This document shows, in pieces, positions 19,302 through 29,181 of a DNA stretch of 64,000 bases. Origin of the DNA: Polyangiaceae bacterium (GTDB lineage Bacteria; Myxococcota_A; Polyangia; Polyangiales; Polyangiaceae); NCBI GenBank assembly GCA_033763455.1, contig JANRKO010000064.1, positions 11,585 through 75,584 on the forward strand, written 5' to 3'. The notes beneath the pieces were generated by a model. The model did no database searches, was not told the DNA's origin, and saw only the letters and a program-made list of their open reading frames with translations. The translations under genes and the position numbers were made by a program. Position 1 is the first letter of the stretch; each line of letters begins with the position of its first letter.

Positions 19302-21014
19302 ATGAGCGAACCGCAAACTCCCCCTGGCACCACTACCCCAGAGATGGGCGTAGACGGCACAAGCGCGGAGGGTGAGTGGGCGAGCGACGAGTATGAGAGC
19401 TCACCCGGACAAACCTTGCCGGCCCCAGACAAAGGCCCCGAAGGCCTCAAGCTAGTGAGCCTTGCCCCCGCAGGCTCGATACCGGACGTCGAAAATGAAG
19501 CCATCCCGCTGACGAAGCACGACCCATACATCGGCTGCATCGTGGACCAGCGTTACAAGGTTGAAAAGGTGCTGGGTGAAGGTGGCATGGGTGTCGTGTA
19601 CCAATGCCGACACACGATCATCGGCAAGCTGGTCGCCATGAAAGTACTGCGCGCCGATCTGGCGCGCGATTCGGAAGTTACCGAGCGGTTCCTGAATGAA
19701 GCGAAATCAGCTTCGGGCATTGGCAACCCACACATCATAGACATCAGCGATTTCGGTCGCCTGCCGGATGGCTCCACTTACTTCATCATGGAGTTTTTGG
19801 ATGGCGTGCCTCTTTCTTCGGCATTCTCGGAAGGCCAGCCCACGCCCATTGCTCGCCTGCTCAACATTGCCCGTCAGCTCGCCGAAGGGCTGAGCGCCGC
19901 TCACAACGCCAATATCGTTCACCGCGATCTCAAGCCCGATAACATCTTCTTACTCACCCGAGGTAAGCAGAAAGATTTTGTCAAGATCTTAGATTTTGGG
20001 ATTGCCAAGGTATCGAGCGCTGGCCAGGGCAAGCTCACGCGAGCTGGAACGGTTTTTGGTACTCCGCACTACATGTCGCCCGAGCAGGCCGCCGGCGCAC
20101 CCGTAGATCACCGGGGGGACATCTACTCTTTCGGGGTGATTTTGTACGAGATGGCCAGCGGCAAGGTGCCGTTCGACGCCGACAACTTCATGGGGATCTT
20201 GACCCAGCACATGTACAAGTCGCCGGTGCCAATCCGAGCGCTTGTGCCGCAACCGCAGGATGTGCCGCCAGGCCTCGAAGCCATCATTCTCAAGTGTCTC
20301 TCCAAGCGCCCCGAGCAACGCTACAATTCTATGGACGAGCTCGTGGAGGAGTTCGATCGAGTGCGCGACGGCTTGGTGCCCGAAGCCGTCCCCGAAATGA
20401 TGTCCAGAAGCGGCGGCTTCAACGTCCCCGGTGACTACCTGATGACGAAGGGCGAAATGCCAGCTCCCATGCCAGCGACGCCCAGTGGACATCTCAGAAA
20501 AACGTCTGGACCCTTGTATGTTGGAATCGCCTTGGTGTGTGCAGCCATTGGTATCGTGATCGCTATGTACGCGAAGAACGGTTCAAGGGTTGCGAGCACC
20601 CCATCGGAAGCGAAAGCGTCACCGCTCCACGCGCAGCCTGCGCTCGCGATGCCTTCCTCCACCCCAGAGCCAGCTTCAGCTAACAGTTCTGAAGCCCCAC
20701 CGACGCCGGCCGTTCGCCAAGTTTTGCTGGCAGTTGATCCGTTAGAGGCCCACGTTTTTGAGGGTGAACACGACCTTGGCACCAGCCCTGTGTCGATCAG
20801 CGTGACCGAGGGGCACCCGAAGACCGTCCGCGCCGAGCGTCCAGGGTTCGCAACAAAGGAGCTTGTTTTAGACGGCTCCATCGCCAAGGCATCGCTCAAG
20901 CTGGAGCGGGTTAAAGCTGCCCGGCCCGCGCCAAAACCGGCGGCGCCCCCCGCGAAAGCGGCCAAGAAAAAGCCGAGCATTGGCGGCGGTGAAATCGTCA
21001 ATCCCTGGGATTGA
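19302..21014 (+). CDS. Membrane Ser/Thr protein kinase with C-terminal PEGA-like region
   Basis: GEGGMG, VAMK, HRDLKPDN, DFG, GTPHYMSPE, followed by a TM segment. Confidence 0.93.
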   Translation: MSEPQTPPGTTTPEMGVDGTSAEGEWASDEYESSPGQTLPAPDKGPEGLKLVSLAPAGSIPDVENEAIPLTKHDPYIGCIVDQRYKVEKVLGEGGMGVVYQCRHTIIGKLVAMKVLRADLARDSEVTERFLNEAKSASGIGNPHIIDISDFGRLPDGSTYFIMEFLDGVPLSSAFSEGQPTPIARLLNIARQLAEGLSAAHNANIVHRDLKPDNIFLLTRGKQKDFVKILDFGIAKVSSAGQGKLTRAGTVFGTPHYMSPEQAAGAPVDHRGDIYSFGVILYEMASGKVPFDADNFMGILTQHMYKSPVPIRALVPQPQDVPPGLEAIILKCLSKRPEQRYNSMDELVEEFDRVRDGLVPEAVPEMMSRSGGFNVPGDYLMTKGEMPAPMPATPSGHLRKTSGPLYVGIALVCAAIGIVIAMYAKNGSRVASTPSEAKASPLHAQPALAMPSSTPEPASANSSEAPPTPAVRQVLLAVDPLEAHVFEGEHDLGTSPVSISVTEGHPKTVRAERPGFATKELVLDGSIAKASLKLERVKAARPAPKPAAPPAKAAKKKPSIGGGEIVNPWD

Positions 21015-21067
21015 TACCGGCCGAGCTGAGTTGCAGCGACGGCCTGTTTGCCCCTACATGTTCGGTG

Positions 21068-22483
21068 ATGAGCGCGACAGATCCACGTCGACTTGAGATG
21101 AACATTCCCGGGCCGGTGCGTGCGCTTTGCCAGCGCCTGCGGGAACGTGGTTTTCGTGGCTGGGTCGTGGGCGGGTCCGTGCGTGATGCACTACTCAGCG
21201 AGGGAACAGCCGGGGCTCGCGCAGAGAACGATTGGGACGTTGCGACTGATGCTCTCCCAGAGCAGGTACAAGCTATATTCAATCGCGTGATCCCGACGGG
21301 CATCGAGCATGGAACGGTTACCGTGCTTTTGGACGGAACGGGGTACGAAGTCACCACTCTCCGTGGCGAAACCACGTACACCGATGGGCGGCGGCCGGAT
21401 TCCGTGCATTTCGTGGATGACATCGTCGCGGATTTGGCGCGCCGAGATTTTACGATCAATGCGATAGCCTACGACCCACTCACTTCACAGTTGATCGACC
21501 CCTTCAATGGCCAAGCGGATCTCGACCAGCGCATCCTGCGAGCTGTTGGTGAACCGCTGGAGCGTTTTAACGAAGATGGGCTCCGCGTGCTTCGGGCGGC
21601 ACGCTTCGTAGCAACACTCGAAGTTGAGCTAGAGCCGAAAACGGCTCAAGCCATTTCGCTTTCTTTGGCAACTTTTCGCAAGGTAAGCGCGGAGCGCGTG
21701 CGCGACGAATGGGTAAAGGCCATGAAGGCGCGGCGCCCGAGCCGGGCCTTTGAGATCATGCGCGAACACGGGCTACTCGGCATCACAGCGCCCGAACTTC
21801 TGGATTCAGTTGGCTGCGAGCAGAACCGCTACCACGCCTTCGACGTGTGGGGGCACGCGATGGCCTGCCTCGATGCCTGCCCGCGTTCGGCAACGTTACG
21901 TATGGCGGGCCTCCTGCACGATGTGGGTAAGCCAAAAAGCCGCGGTGTGAACGAAAAAACTGGGGAATTCACGTTTTACGAACATGAGCGCATCGGAGCC
22001 GAGATGGCCGCACCCATGCTTTCGCGACTGCGCTTTTCGAACGACGAACGCGAACGCATCGTGGCGCTGATCCGCCACCATTTGATTTGCTACGAGAGCA
22101 CCTGGTCAGATGCCGCCGTCCGGCGCTGGGTTCGCCGCGTGTCGCCAGAATTGCTTGAGGATCTCTACGCCCTCGGCGCCGCTGACGCAGACGGCAAAGG
22201 CCGAGATGCGAGCGCGGACCGAGAGAACTTGCGCGAGCTTGAAGAACGGGTGAAGGCGCTTAGAGCCCAAGGGGCTGCTTTTACAACGCGTGATCTGAAG
22301 CTCGATGGGCGGGTGCTAATGAGCGCCCTTGGGCTCTCGCCCGGACCCAAGCTGGGGGAGATCCTACGCACACTTCTCGACCGGGTGGTGGACGACCCCG
22401 CGCTCAATGACCGCGAAACACTGTTGCGCTTGGCACAGGAATACCTCGGCTCACCGCCGCCGCCGCCGAGCAAGGCCGAGTAG
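21068..22483 (+). CDS. cca: CCA tRNA nucleotidyltransferase / poly(A) polymerase family protein with HD domain
   Basis: VGGSVRD, DWDVAT, RRDFTINA, EDGLRVLR, LLHDVGK. Confidence 0.88.
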   Translation: MSATDPRRLEMNIPGPVRALCQRLRERGFRGWVVGGSVRDALLSEGTAGARAENDWDVATDALPEQVQAIFNRVIPTGIEHGTVTVLLDGTGYEVTTLRGETTYTDGRRPDSVHFVDDIVADLARRDFTINAIAYDPLTSQLIDPFNGQADLDQRILRAVGEPLERFNEDGLRVLRAARFVATLEVELEPKTAQAISLSLATFRKVSAERVRDEWVKAMKARRPSRAFEIMREHGLLGITAPELLDSVGCEQNRYHAFDVWGHAMACLDACPRSATLRMAGLLHDVGKPKSRGVNEKTGEFTFYEHERIGAEMAAPMLSRLRFSNDERERIVALIRHHLICYESTWSDAAVRRWVRRVSPELLEDLYALGAADADGKGRDASADRENLRELEERVKALRAQGAAFTTRDLKLDGRVLMSALGLSPGPKLGEILRTLLDRVVDDPALNDRETLLRLAQEYLGSPPPPPSKAE

Positions 22484-22677
22484 CGACGAAAGCCGTGTAG
22501 GTTTGCCACCGTCCACTCAAGCGGTACTCATCGTTCCCCGCGATCGCGATGCGCCCTTCCTGCTGGCTTGGAATAGCCGCCCCGACCCAGTCCGCCGAGC
22601 TAGCTAAACTTTGACCAGGGCGGACCGAAGCTAGCTCCGGTGATGGGGTGCACATCAGCTGCGGCAGGTTCGAGCGA

Positions 22678-24618
22678 CTAGCTGCTCGCCGCAGGTTTCG
22701 GTGCGCCGAATATGCTCGCTGGGCGCTTCTTCTCAGTGCGGGCTTTTTGCTTGTCGCTCCAGGTGGGAATGACAACCTTTTCGCGCGCTGGCATCTCGCG
22801 GTTATCGAGAGCTGCTTGGATCTCTTCGGTATCTAGCGTTTCGCGCTCCAGGAGCGCTTCGGCCAAGCGATTCAGCTTGTCGCGATTTTCCCGAATCAGC
22901 GTTTGGGCCCGCTCGTATTGCTGTTCGACAATTAGGCGCACCTCCTGATCGATCTCACGCGCCGTTTCCTCGGAATAATCCTCGCGGCGTGAGGCCATCT
23001 CTCGACCGAGAAACACGCTTTCTTCGTTCTCGCCGTAAGCCACCGGCCCTAGCTTGGCGCTCATGCCGAGCTCACACACCATGGAGCGAGCCAAACGCGT
23101 AGCGCGCTTGATGTCGTCCTGAGCACCCGTAGTTGTCTCGTTGAAGGCCTCTTCTTCAGCGACGCGTCCGCCGAGCGCCATCGAGATGCGCGCCAACGTT
23201 TGTGTCTTGGTCATGAGGTGGCGATCTTCGCTCGGCAGGAACATGGTTACGCCGAGTGCGGCGCCCCTGGGGATGATGGAGACCTTGTGCACCGGGTCAT
23301 TTCCGGGAGTCAGCATACCAACAATCGTGTGGCCTGCCTCGTGCCACGCTGCGGTGCGCCGTTCTTGATCACTCATGACCATGCTGCGGCGTTCGGTACC
23401 CATGAGCACCTTGTCTTTGGCGAGCTCAAAATCCGCCATACCAACGGCTTCTTTGTCCTGGCGAGCAGCCAAAAGCGCCGCCTCATTAACAAGATTTTCG
23501 AGATCCGCACCGACAAACCCAGGTGTACCGGAAGCAATTACGCGCAGATCGACGTCACCGGAGAGCGGAACCTTCTTGGTGTGAACTCCCAAGATCCCTT
23601 CGCGGCCCCGGATATCTGGACGTGGCACCGTGATGCGCCGATCAAAACGACCAGGCCGCAAGATCGCAGGATCGAGGACGTCTGGACGGTTGGTGGCGGC
23701 TACGATGATCACGCCTTCGTTAGACTCGAAGCCATCCATCTCCACGAGCAGCTGGTTGAGCGTTTGTTCGCGCTCATCGTGCCCGCCGCCAAGCCCGGCA
23801 CCGCGATGGCGACCCACGGCGTCAATCTCATCAATGAAGATAATGCACGGAGCGTGCTTTTTGCCCTGCTCAAACAGATCACGTACGCGGCTCGCGCCTA
23901 CGCCCACAAACATCTCAACGAAATCGGAACCTGAGATGCTGAAGAACGGCACGCCTGCCTCGCCAGCGATCGCTCGGGCAAGCAGCGTCTTTCCGGTGCC
24001 CGGAGGGCCCATCATGAGCACGCCCTTTGGGATGTGGCCGCCAAGCTTCTGAAACTTCTTGGGGTCCTTTAGAAATGCGATAATTTCTTCAACTTCGTCC
24101 TTGGCTTCATCAATGCCCGCGACGTCCGCAAACGTGATCTTATTCTGTGCTTCATTCAACAAGCGCGCGCGACTCTTTCCAAAGCTCATCGCCTTGCCGC
24201 CGCCCGACTGTAGCTGACGCATGAAGAGATAGAAGATAACGAGAAAGAAAAGCATTGGGAGCACGACCCAGAGCCCCGCGGCGAGTGGGCTACTTTGATC
24301 GTCTACATGCGTGACCTTAAGGCCTCGCTCTTTCATCATCTGATCGAGCCAAGCCTCTTCTTGCTCGGGCGGACCAACCGTAGAAGCCTTCGAATTCCCT
24401 TTGGCTTTAGGATCTTCGACCGTGAAGAGGTAATTCCTACCTTTGATCTCGACCTGCCGAACGTGTGGCTGTTCCTTCGGCGCCGCCACCAGCGACTTAA
24501 ACTCGCTGTAGTCCACCTGAGCCCGTCGCGGATTTTCATCCGCAAGGAACTTCCAAACGGCGATAAACGCGACGACGATGACGACCCAGAACAGCAGGGT
24601 CTTTTGCGGTTGCTTCAC
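22678..24618 (-). CDS. ftsH: ATP-dependent zinc metalloprotease FtsH
   Basis: 2 [27 protein letters not shown]. Confidence 0.98.
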   Translation of the reverse strand: MKQPQKTLLFWVVIVVAFIAVWKFLADENPRRAQVDYSEFKSLVAAPKEQPHVRQVEIKGRNYLFTVEDPKAKGNSKASTVGPPEQEEAWLDQMMKERGLKVTHVDDQSSPLAAGLWVVLPMLFFLVIFYLFMRQLQSGGGKAMSFGKSRARLLNEAQNKITFADVAGIDEAKDEVEEIIAFLKDPKKFQKLGGHIPKGVLMMGPPGTGKTLLARAIAGEAGVPFFSISGSDFVEMFVGVGASRVRDLFEQGKKHAPCIIFIDEIDAVGRHRGAGLGGGHDEREQTLNQLLVEMDGFESNEGVIIVAATNRPDVLDPAILRPGRFDRRITVPRPDIRGREGILGVHTKKVPLSGDVDLRVIASGTPGFVGADLENLVNEAALLAARQDKEAVGMADFELAKDKVLMGTERRSMVMSDQERRTAAWHEAGHTIVGMLTPGNDPVHKVSIIPRGAALGVTMFLPSEDRHLMTKTQTLARISMALGGRVAEEEAFNETTTGAQDDIKRATRLARSMVCELGMSAKLGPVAYGENEESVFLGREMASRREDYSEETAREIDQEVRLIVEQQYERAQTLIRENRDKLNRLAEALLERETLDTEEIQAALDNREMPAREKVVIPTWSDKQKARTEKKRPASIFGAPKPAASS

Positions 24619-24750
24619 AGAGGAACCTCGGAAGATGAGTCGTTAAGTTGAAGGACCCCCCGAAGGGCCGGGGGGAAACCACTATAACCGGCCTTCATCA
24701 AGAAAACCGGCCTTCTGACATATGTAGGACGACCACTCGTGCCTGCCAGT

Positions 24751-25653
24751 TCAGTGGCGCTCGCTTTTCTTGTTTTTTCGCGGGGTCAGGCGAGCTCCAA
24801 CGGATTCCAGCCGGCCGGAGGCCGCCTCCAGCCGGACTTCCAGGCCCCCCGCGACCCTCAAGGTCAGGGACTTTCGCCCCAGCTTGCGAGCCCGCTGGAG
24901 CTGGTCAATCTGCGCCCTCCCGAGGGCGATGGCGCCCCCCCGAGCATCATGCACCACCGGCACATCCCCTGAACTGAGCTGATCGGCGAGGGAATTGAGG
25001 TGAAGGACGATGCCCGGGGAAAGTTCTGCGAGGAGGGGCAGGAGCTCGTGCCGAATGCGCACGCGCAGAAACCGAGGGTCAAGATTCGAAGGATCCGTGC
25101 TGAACGGCACCCGGTGCCGAGCAAGGTGTGCGAGCACGGCGGACTTCCCTGCTCGAATCATGGGTCGAATCAAGGACCCATCCCGAGGGGGCAGGACCGA
25201 AAGGCCCCGCGGGCCCGCTCCTCGCAGCAGCCGTTCCAGCACGGTCTCCGCGCGATCCTCGGCGTGGTGAGCCGTGGCAAGAAATGCGGCCCCACTTTCG
25301 GCAGCAACCCTGCGAAGTGCGCCGTAGCGGGCGTCGCGAGCTCTAGCTTGAAGGTTGGAACCGCGGGCCACTGAGAGGTTCACTCGCGTAAATGGAATGC
25401 CAAGACTGGAGGCAAAGCTCGCGGCGAGATCGAGCTCTTGATGTGCCTCAGCACGAAGCCCGTGATCTACCCCACAGGTTATCAATTCAAATTTCAGCTT
25501 CTGCCTCAAGAGCGCCAAGGTGTGCAAAAGCGCCATCGAATCCCCTCCGCCAGAAACAGCGAGCAAGACTTTTGCACCGGGTCCAATTGCACATTCTTCG
25601 CGCAGTGTCCGCGAAACGAGGGTTAGCAGCGTTGGGGGATGCGAGCGCGGCAT
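24751..25653 (-). CDS. tilS: tRNA(Ile)-lysidine synthetase (short form)
   Basis: SGGGDS, DHGLR, AHHAEDRAET, DPSN; directly upstream of ftsH. Confidence 0.94.
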   Translation of the reverse strand: MPRSHPPTLLTLVSRTLREECAIGPGAKVLLAVSGGGDSMALLHTLALLRQKLKFELITCGVDHGLRAEAHQELDLAASFASSLGIPFTRVNLSVARGSNLQARARDARYGALRRVAAESGAAFLATAHHAEDRAETVLERLLRGAGPRGLSVLPPRDGSLIRPMIRAGKSAVLAHLARHRVPFSTDPSNLDPRFLRVRIRHELLPLLAELSPGIVLHLNSLADQLSSGDVPVVHDARGGAIALGRAQIDQLQRARKLGRKSLTLRVAGGLEVRLEAASGRLESVGARLTPRKNKKSERH

Positions 25654-25663
25654 ATCCTGACGC

Positions 25664-25858
25664 TCAACCTAATTCGAACTCTTTGCAGAACACGACATGC
25701 GGGGCGCTTTCGAGTTCAGCGTTTCTGTGTTCTACATTGGGATAGCCATTGCCACACCCACCGGTCCCCTCGTCAAAGTACGCACAGGCTTCGCACGAGA
25801 ACTTCAGCGCAAAAGCGCGAGCTTCGACCAAAAAACGCGGATCGACGGGCGTGATCAC
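25664..25858 (-). CDS. Small Cys-rich putative metal-binding protein
   Basis: 64 aa with CxxC...C...H...C; fills the gap between neighbours (8- and 10-nt spacers). Confidence 0.65.
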   Translation of the reverse strand: MITPVDPRFLVEARAFALKFSCEACAYFDEGTGGCGNGYPNVEHRNAELESAPHVVFCKEFELG

Positions 25859-25866
25859 GGGGGCCT

Positions 25867-26523
25867 TCAGGGAAAGGGCTGAGCGGGCTGTCCACGTTGA
25901 AAAAAGAATTCGAAGCGCCCACGTACCGAGCTTATGCGGGCGCCCGCCGATTCAGGATCAGCCACGAGCTCACGTGGATCCGCGAAATCGGCCACGAAAG
26001 AGCCCGCCGTGAGGCGCTCATCGGCATCCTTCTCATTCGGATCGCCACTAAAGAGCTTGGTGAACTGAACGCTGCCCGAGATAGAATAGACAGCGCCGTT
26101 GCTGCCCCGACAACTACTGTGAAGAGACAAAGCAAGGCTCACAAGCGGCGTTTCCCCCAGCATACGGGCAGCTCCGGGCGGGGTAACACCATTGGGCAGG
26201 CCCACGGGCAAATCCTGCCCCAGAGCCGCACGCGCACGCGGCAGATCGTACACCACGAGCTGCAGGCCGTCGGAAAATTCGGCGATGTCGTCACCGCGCT
26301 GCACGCGGATCATCAATGATTTTTCGTCAAAACCTTGAGCGGAGAAAAATGTAGGCTCAAGGTCAAAAGGGCCGTTCCAACAGCCTGTCATCAACAGCTG
26401 ATCGCTGTGTACCTCGCCCTCGCCCTGCCCTGTGGTACAGCCGATGGCTAACGCCGCTACCACGACGCCCATGGTTCTAAAGCACATGCTCAAAAGCAGC
26501 CCCGAACGATGCGCACTCCTCAT
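25867..26523 (-). CDS. Hypothetical lipoprotein
   Basis: Lipobox-like LAIGC; overlaps the mnmA stop. Confidence 0.7.
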   Translation of the reverse strand: MRSAHRSGLLLSMCFRTMGVVVAALAIGCTTGQGEGEVHSDQLLMTGCWNGPFDLEPTFFSAQGFDEKSLMIRVQRGDDIAEFSDGLQLVVYDLPRARAALGQDLPVGLPNGVTPPGAARMLGETPLVSLALSLHSSCRGSNGAVYSISGSVQFTKLFSGDPNEKDADERLTAGSFVADFADPRELVADPESAGARISSVRGRFEFFFQRGQPAQPFP

Positions 26524-27626
26524 GCCGACACCTCCAGTGAGTCCTTGGCCCTCACCTGCGGCAGGGCTTCAACAATCAAGCCGCCCCCGAGCACGCGGTC
26601 CCCACGGTAGAACACCGCATATTGTCCGGGCACCACGGAAGCCACCGGGGAATCGAACAGCACTTGCAAGGAGCCATCTCCCGCACGAAGAACTTGGCAG
26701 GGTTCCGTATGTTGGGAATAGCGCACCGCGACTTCTGCACGCGCCGGCAGCAGAAAGTCATCGAACAGGACGGCTTCTGCTACCTTCGCGCCGCCGGCCA
26801 AGAGCTGTTCCCGGCGCCCGAGCCGCACAATTCCGTGCTCCGGCTCCACGGCAACGACGTACGCCTTATATCCTAGCGCCACGCCGAGGTTCCTGCGCTG
26901 GCCTACTGTGTACCCGTGGATGCCGGCATGTTCGCCCACAGCTTGCCCGGCTTCATCTACGAGCGTTCCCGGGCGCAAGCGATCTTCTGCCCGCTCGGCA
27001 ACGAAGGCGTCGTAGCGACCTGTGGGGACAAAACACAATTCCTGGCTCTCACCCTTATGAGCGCCAGGTAGATTGAGGGCTGCGGCCTCCTCTCGCACTT
27101 CGCTTTTCGTGGCTTCACCCAGCGGAAATACAAGTCGATCAAGGATTGCCTGGGGCAACATGTGCAGGAAATAACTCTGATCTTTGGAGCGATCTCGCCC
27201 TCGGTGCAGCCGCATTACACCCACTTCAGGTACCAGACGCGCGTAGTGACCAGTGGCGATTTGCTGCGCCCCCAGGCGGTCGGCGAGCCCTAAAAGCTCG
27301 TGCATTTTCACGCCGCGGTTGCAACGGACGCAAGGGCTCGGAGTAACGCCGGAAAGGTAGCTTTCGACGAATGGCTGAACGACTTCCGCGTTGAAAAGCT
27401 CACGTCGATCAAACGCGAAGTGAGGGAACCCGAGAACATCCGCGACGCGACGCGCGTCGTGCACATCTTCGGGGGCGCAGCACCTACCCTTGACGGAATC
27501 GTCATCCGGGTAGTCCCAAAGATGCAGAGTGACCCCCACCACGTCGAACCCCTGACGCATCAAGCGAGCTGCAGCCACGGAGGAATCGACACCCCCGCTC
27601 ATGGCGACCAAAACACGCGTTGACAC
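26520..27626 (-). CDS. mnmA: tRNA-specific 2-thiouridylase
   Basis: AMSGGVDSS, PCVRCN, ATGHYAR, KDQSYFL, ESQELCF, PGQYAV. Confidence 0.96.
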   Translation of the reverse strand: MSTRVLVAMSGGVDSSVAAARLMRQGFDVVGVTLHLWDYPDDDSVKGRCCAPEDVHDARRVADVLGFPHFAFDRRELFNAEVVQPFVESYLSGVTPSPCVRCNRGVKMHELLGLADRLGAQQIATGHYARLVPEVGVMRLHRGRDRSKDQSYFLHMLPQAILDRLVFPLGEATKSEVREEAAALNLPGAHKGESQELCFVPTGRYDAFVAERAEDRLRPGTLVDEAGQAVGEHAGIHGYTVGQRRNLGVALGYKAYVVAVEPEHGIVRLGRREQLLAGGAKVAEAVLFDDFLLPARAEVAVRYSQHTEPCQVLRAGDGSLQVLFDSPVASVVPGQYAVFYRGDRVLGGGLIVEALPQVRAKDSLEVSA

Positions 27627-27719
27627 GAGGCTGAGCTTAGTCGGGGTGTTAAAACAAATCGACCGCGAGTTCGCCGAACGTGCCCAGAGCTAGCTCCATT
27701 TTCCTACACAAACCGAGCT

Positions 27720-28430
27720 TTATGCCGCGTGAGAGCGCAGCCGCTTAGTGAGGCGCTCCAAGGCGCGCGAATGCAGCCGGCTCGCCCAAGACTTGCTCAA
27801 GCCGAGGTCGTCCGCCACGTGATCAAAGCGCTCGCCACCCAGATAGTGCCGGCGAACCAGCTCCGCTTCCTGCTCGGGCAGCTCCTGAATAGCGTCCCTT
27901 ACAAGGTGGAGCAGCTGAGCTCTGCCGAGCGCTTCCTCTGGAGATTCCTCCGGCGCCAACGAAACGCGCTCACCCTCTTCCCCCCGTACGGTTTCGCTCA
28001 GAAACCCTGTGGCCATGGCGGTAGCCATCGCGGCCAAGTGCGTACCCAAAGCCTCATGTGCCTGCTGAGCGGTGCTCCCGGGCGCAGCCTCCACCTGCGC
28101 GTCTTCAGCTTTGCCCTCGCTGTATTGGCTGGCTGCTTGGAGCGCAAAGAGCCTCGCGTGTACGCGTCGCGGCAGGCGCCCCGTCGCGCGCACTCCGTCG
28201 ATCACGGCCCCCTTCACTCGGAAATTGGCGTAAGCCTTGAACGGCACCCCGCGCTCGGGATCAAAACGCCGAGCAGCCTCCCACAGCCCCTCTCGACCGA
28301 AACTTCTGAGGTCGTCAAGCTCCATGCTGGGCCCCACCGAACGCGCAAGCTGCCGGACAATGATCTCAACCAACTCAAGCTGCTGCTCGAAGCGTTCGAG
28401 AACCTCTGGCGAATCAACAGCTTTAGCCAC
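27720..28430 (-). CDS. Sigma-70 family RNA polymerase sigma factor, FliA/WhiG-like; start uncertain
   Basis: Region 2 (DDLRSFGREGLWEAARRFDPERGVPFKAYANFRVKGAVIDGVR) and region 4 HTH (LGLSKSWASRLH). Confidence 0.85.
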   Translation of the reverse strand: MAKAVDSPEVLERFEQQLELVEIIVRQLARSVGPSMELDDLRSFGREGLWEAARRFDPERGVPFKAYANFRVKGAVIDGVRATGRLPRRVHARLFALQAASQYSEGKAEDAQVEAAPGSTAQQAHEALGTHLAAMATAMATGFLSETVRGEEGERVSLAPEESPEEALGRAQLLHLVRDAIQELPEQEAELVRRHYLGGERFDHVADDLGLSKSWASRLHSRALERLTKRLRSHAA

Positions 28431-28557
28431 GGCGTGCGAAGACCCTATCCCAGCTCGGCCGCCCTGTGCATGGCTTTTTGCCTCCCGAGCGCTCGGCCCA
28501 GTTGGACAGATGGTCCCGAGTGCCTTCTGCTGAGGAACGTGCAATAGTAGTTCACCT

Positions 28558-29151
28558 ATGGCGCGCTGGGGCCGTGTTGCGGCCATGTACACGTTAATTG
28601 CCATCCCGACGTGCGTGCTTTTGGCGATTCTGCGTGAAGGGTCACCGCTGCTCATGAGCGGCGCCTGGCTTACCTTACCGCCAGCCGCGAGCCACACTTG
28701 CAGCTTGTTGCTCGGCTTAGCCTTCGGGAGCCTGGTGGCGGCCATCACTCGGCCCATGGTGCTGCGGCTAGGTTGGGCCAAAGAGCTGCACTCCACGCTG
28801 CGCCCGTTTGCGCGGGGGCTCTCCCGCGGAGCGGTGGTGTGCTTGGCTATCTTGAGTGCTATCTGCGAGGAGCTGTTGTTCCGTGGGCTGCTGCAGCCGT
28901 GGCTCGGCCTACTGCCTCAGGCAGTCCTGTTCGGCTTGGTTCACCAGGTGCCTGGCAAGAGCCGCTGGGTCTGGGTGGCCTGGGCGACGCTGATGGGGGC
29001 CTTGTTGGGGAGTATTTTTCAGCTCACCGGGTCGCTCGTCGGAGCGGTCGCGGCCCACGCACTGATCAACGGATTTAACCTGTCTTTCCTTAAGCACCAC
29101 GATACCCGCGAGCCCCGTCGACGGCTGGGTGGCCTGTTAGGGCAGATGTAG
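28558..29151 (+). CDS. CPBP (CAAX/Abi) intramembrane metalloprotease
   Basis: EELLFRG, FGLVH, HALIN. Confidence 0.88.
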   Translation: MARWGRVAAMYTLIAIPTCVLLAILREGSPLLMSGAWLTLPPAASHTCSLLLGLAFGSLVAAITRPMVLRLGWAKELHSTLRPFARGLSRGAVVCLAILSAICEELLFRGLLQPWLGLLPQAVLFGLVHQVPGKSRWVWVAWATLMGALLGSIFQLTGSLVGAVAAHALINGFNLSFLKHHDTREPRRRLGGLLGQM

Positions 29152-29181
29152 GACGGTCGCACTTGCGAGTCCCGTGGTAGG

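Noticed and set aside
28431..28796. Long N-terminal extension of the sigma factor ORF
   Set aside because: It overlaps the divergent CPBP gene and has no sigma features; the true start is probably near 28430.
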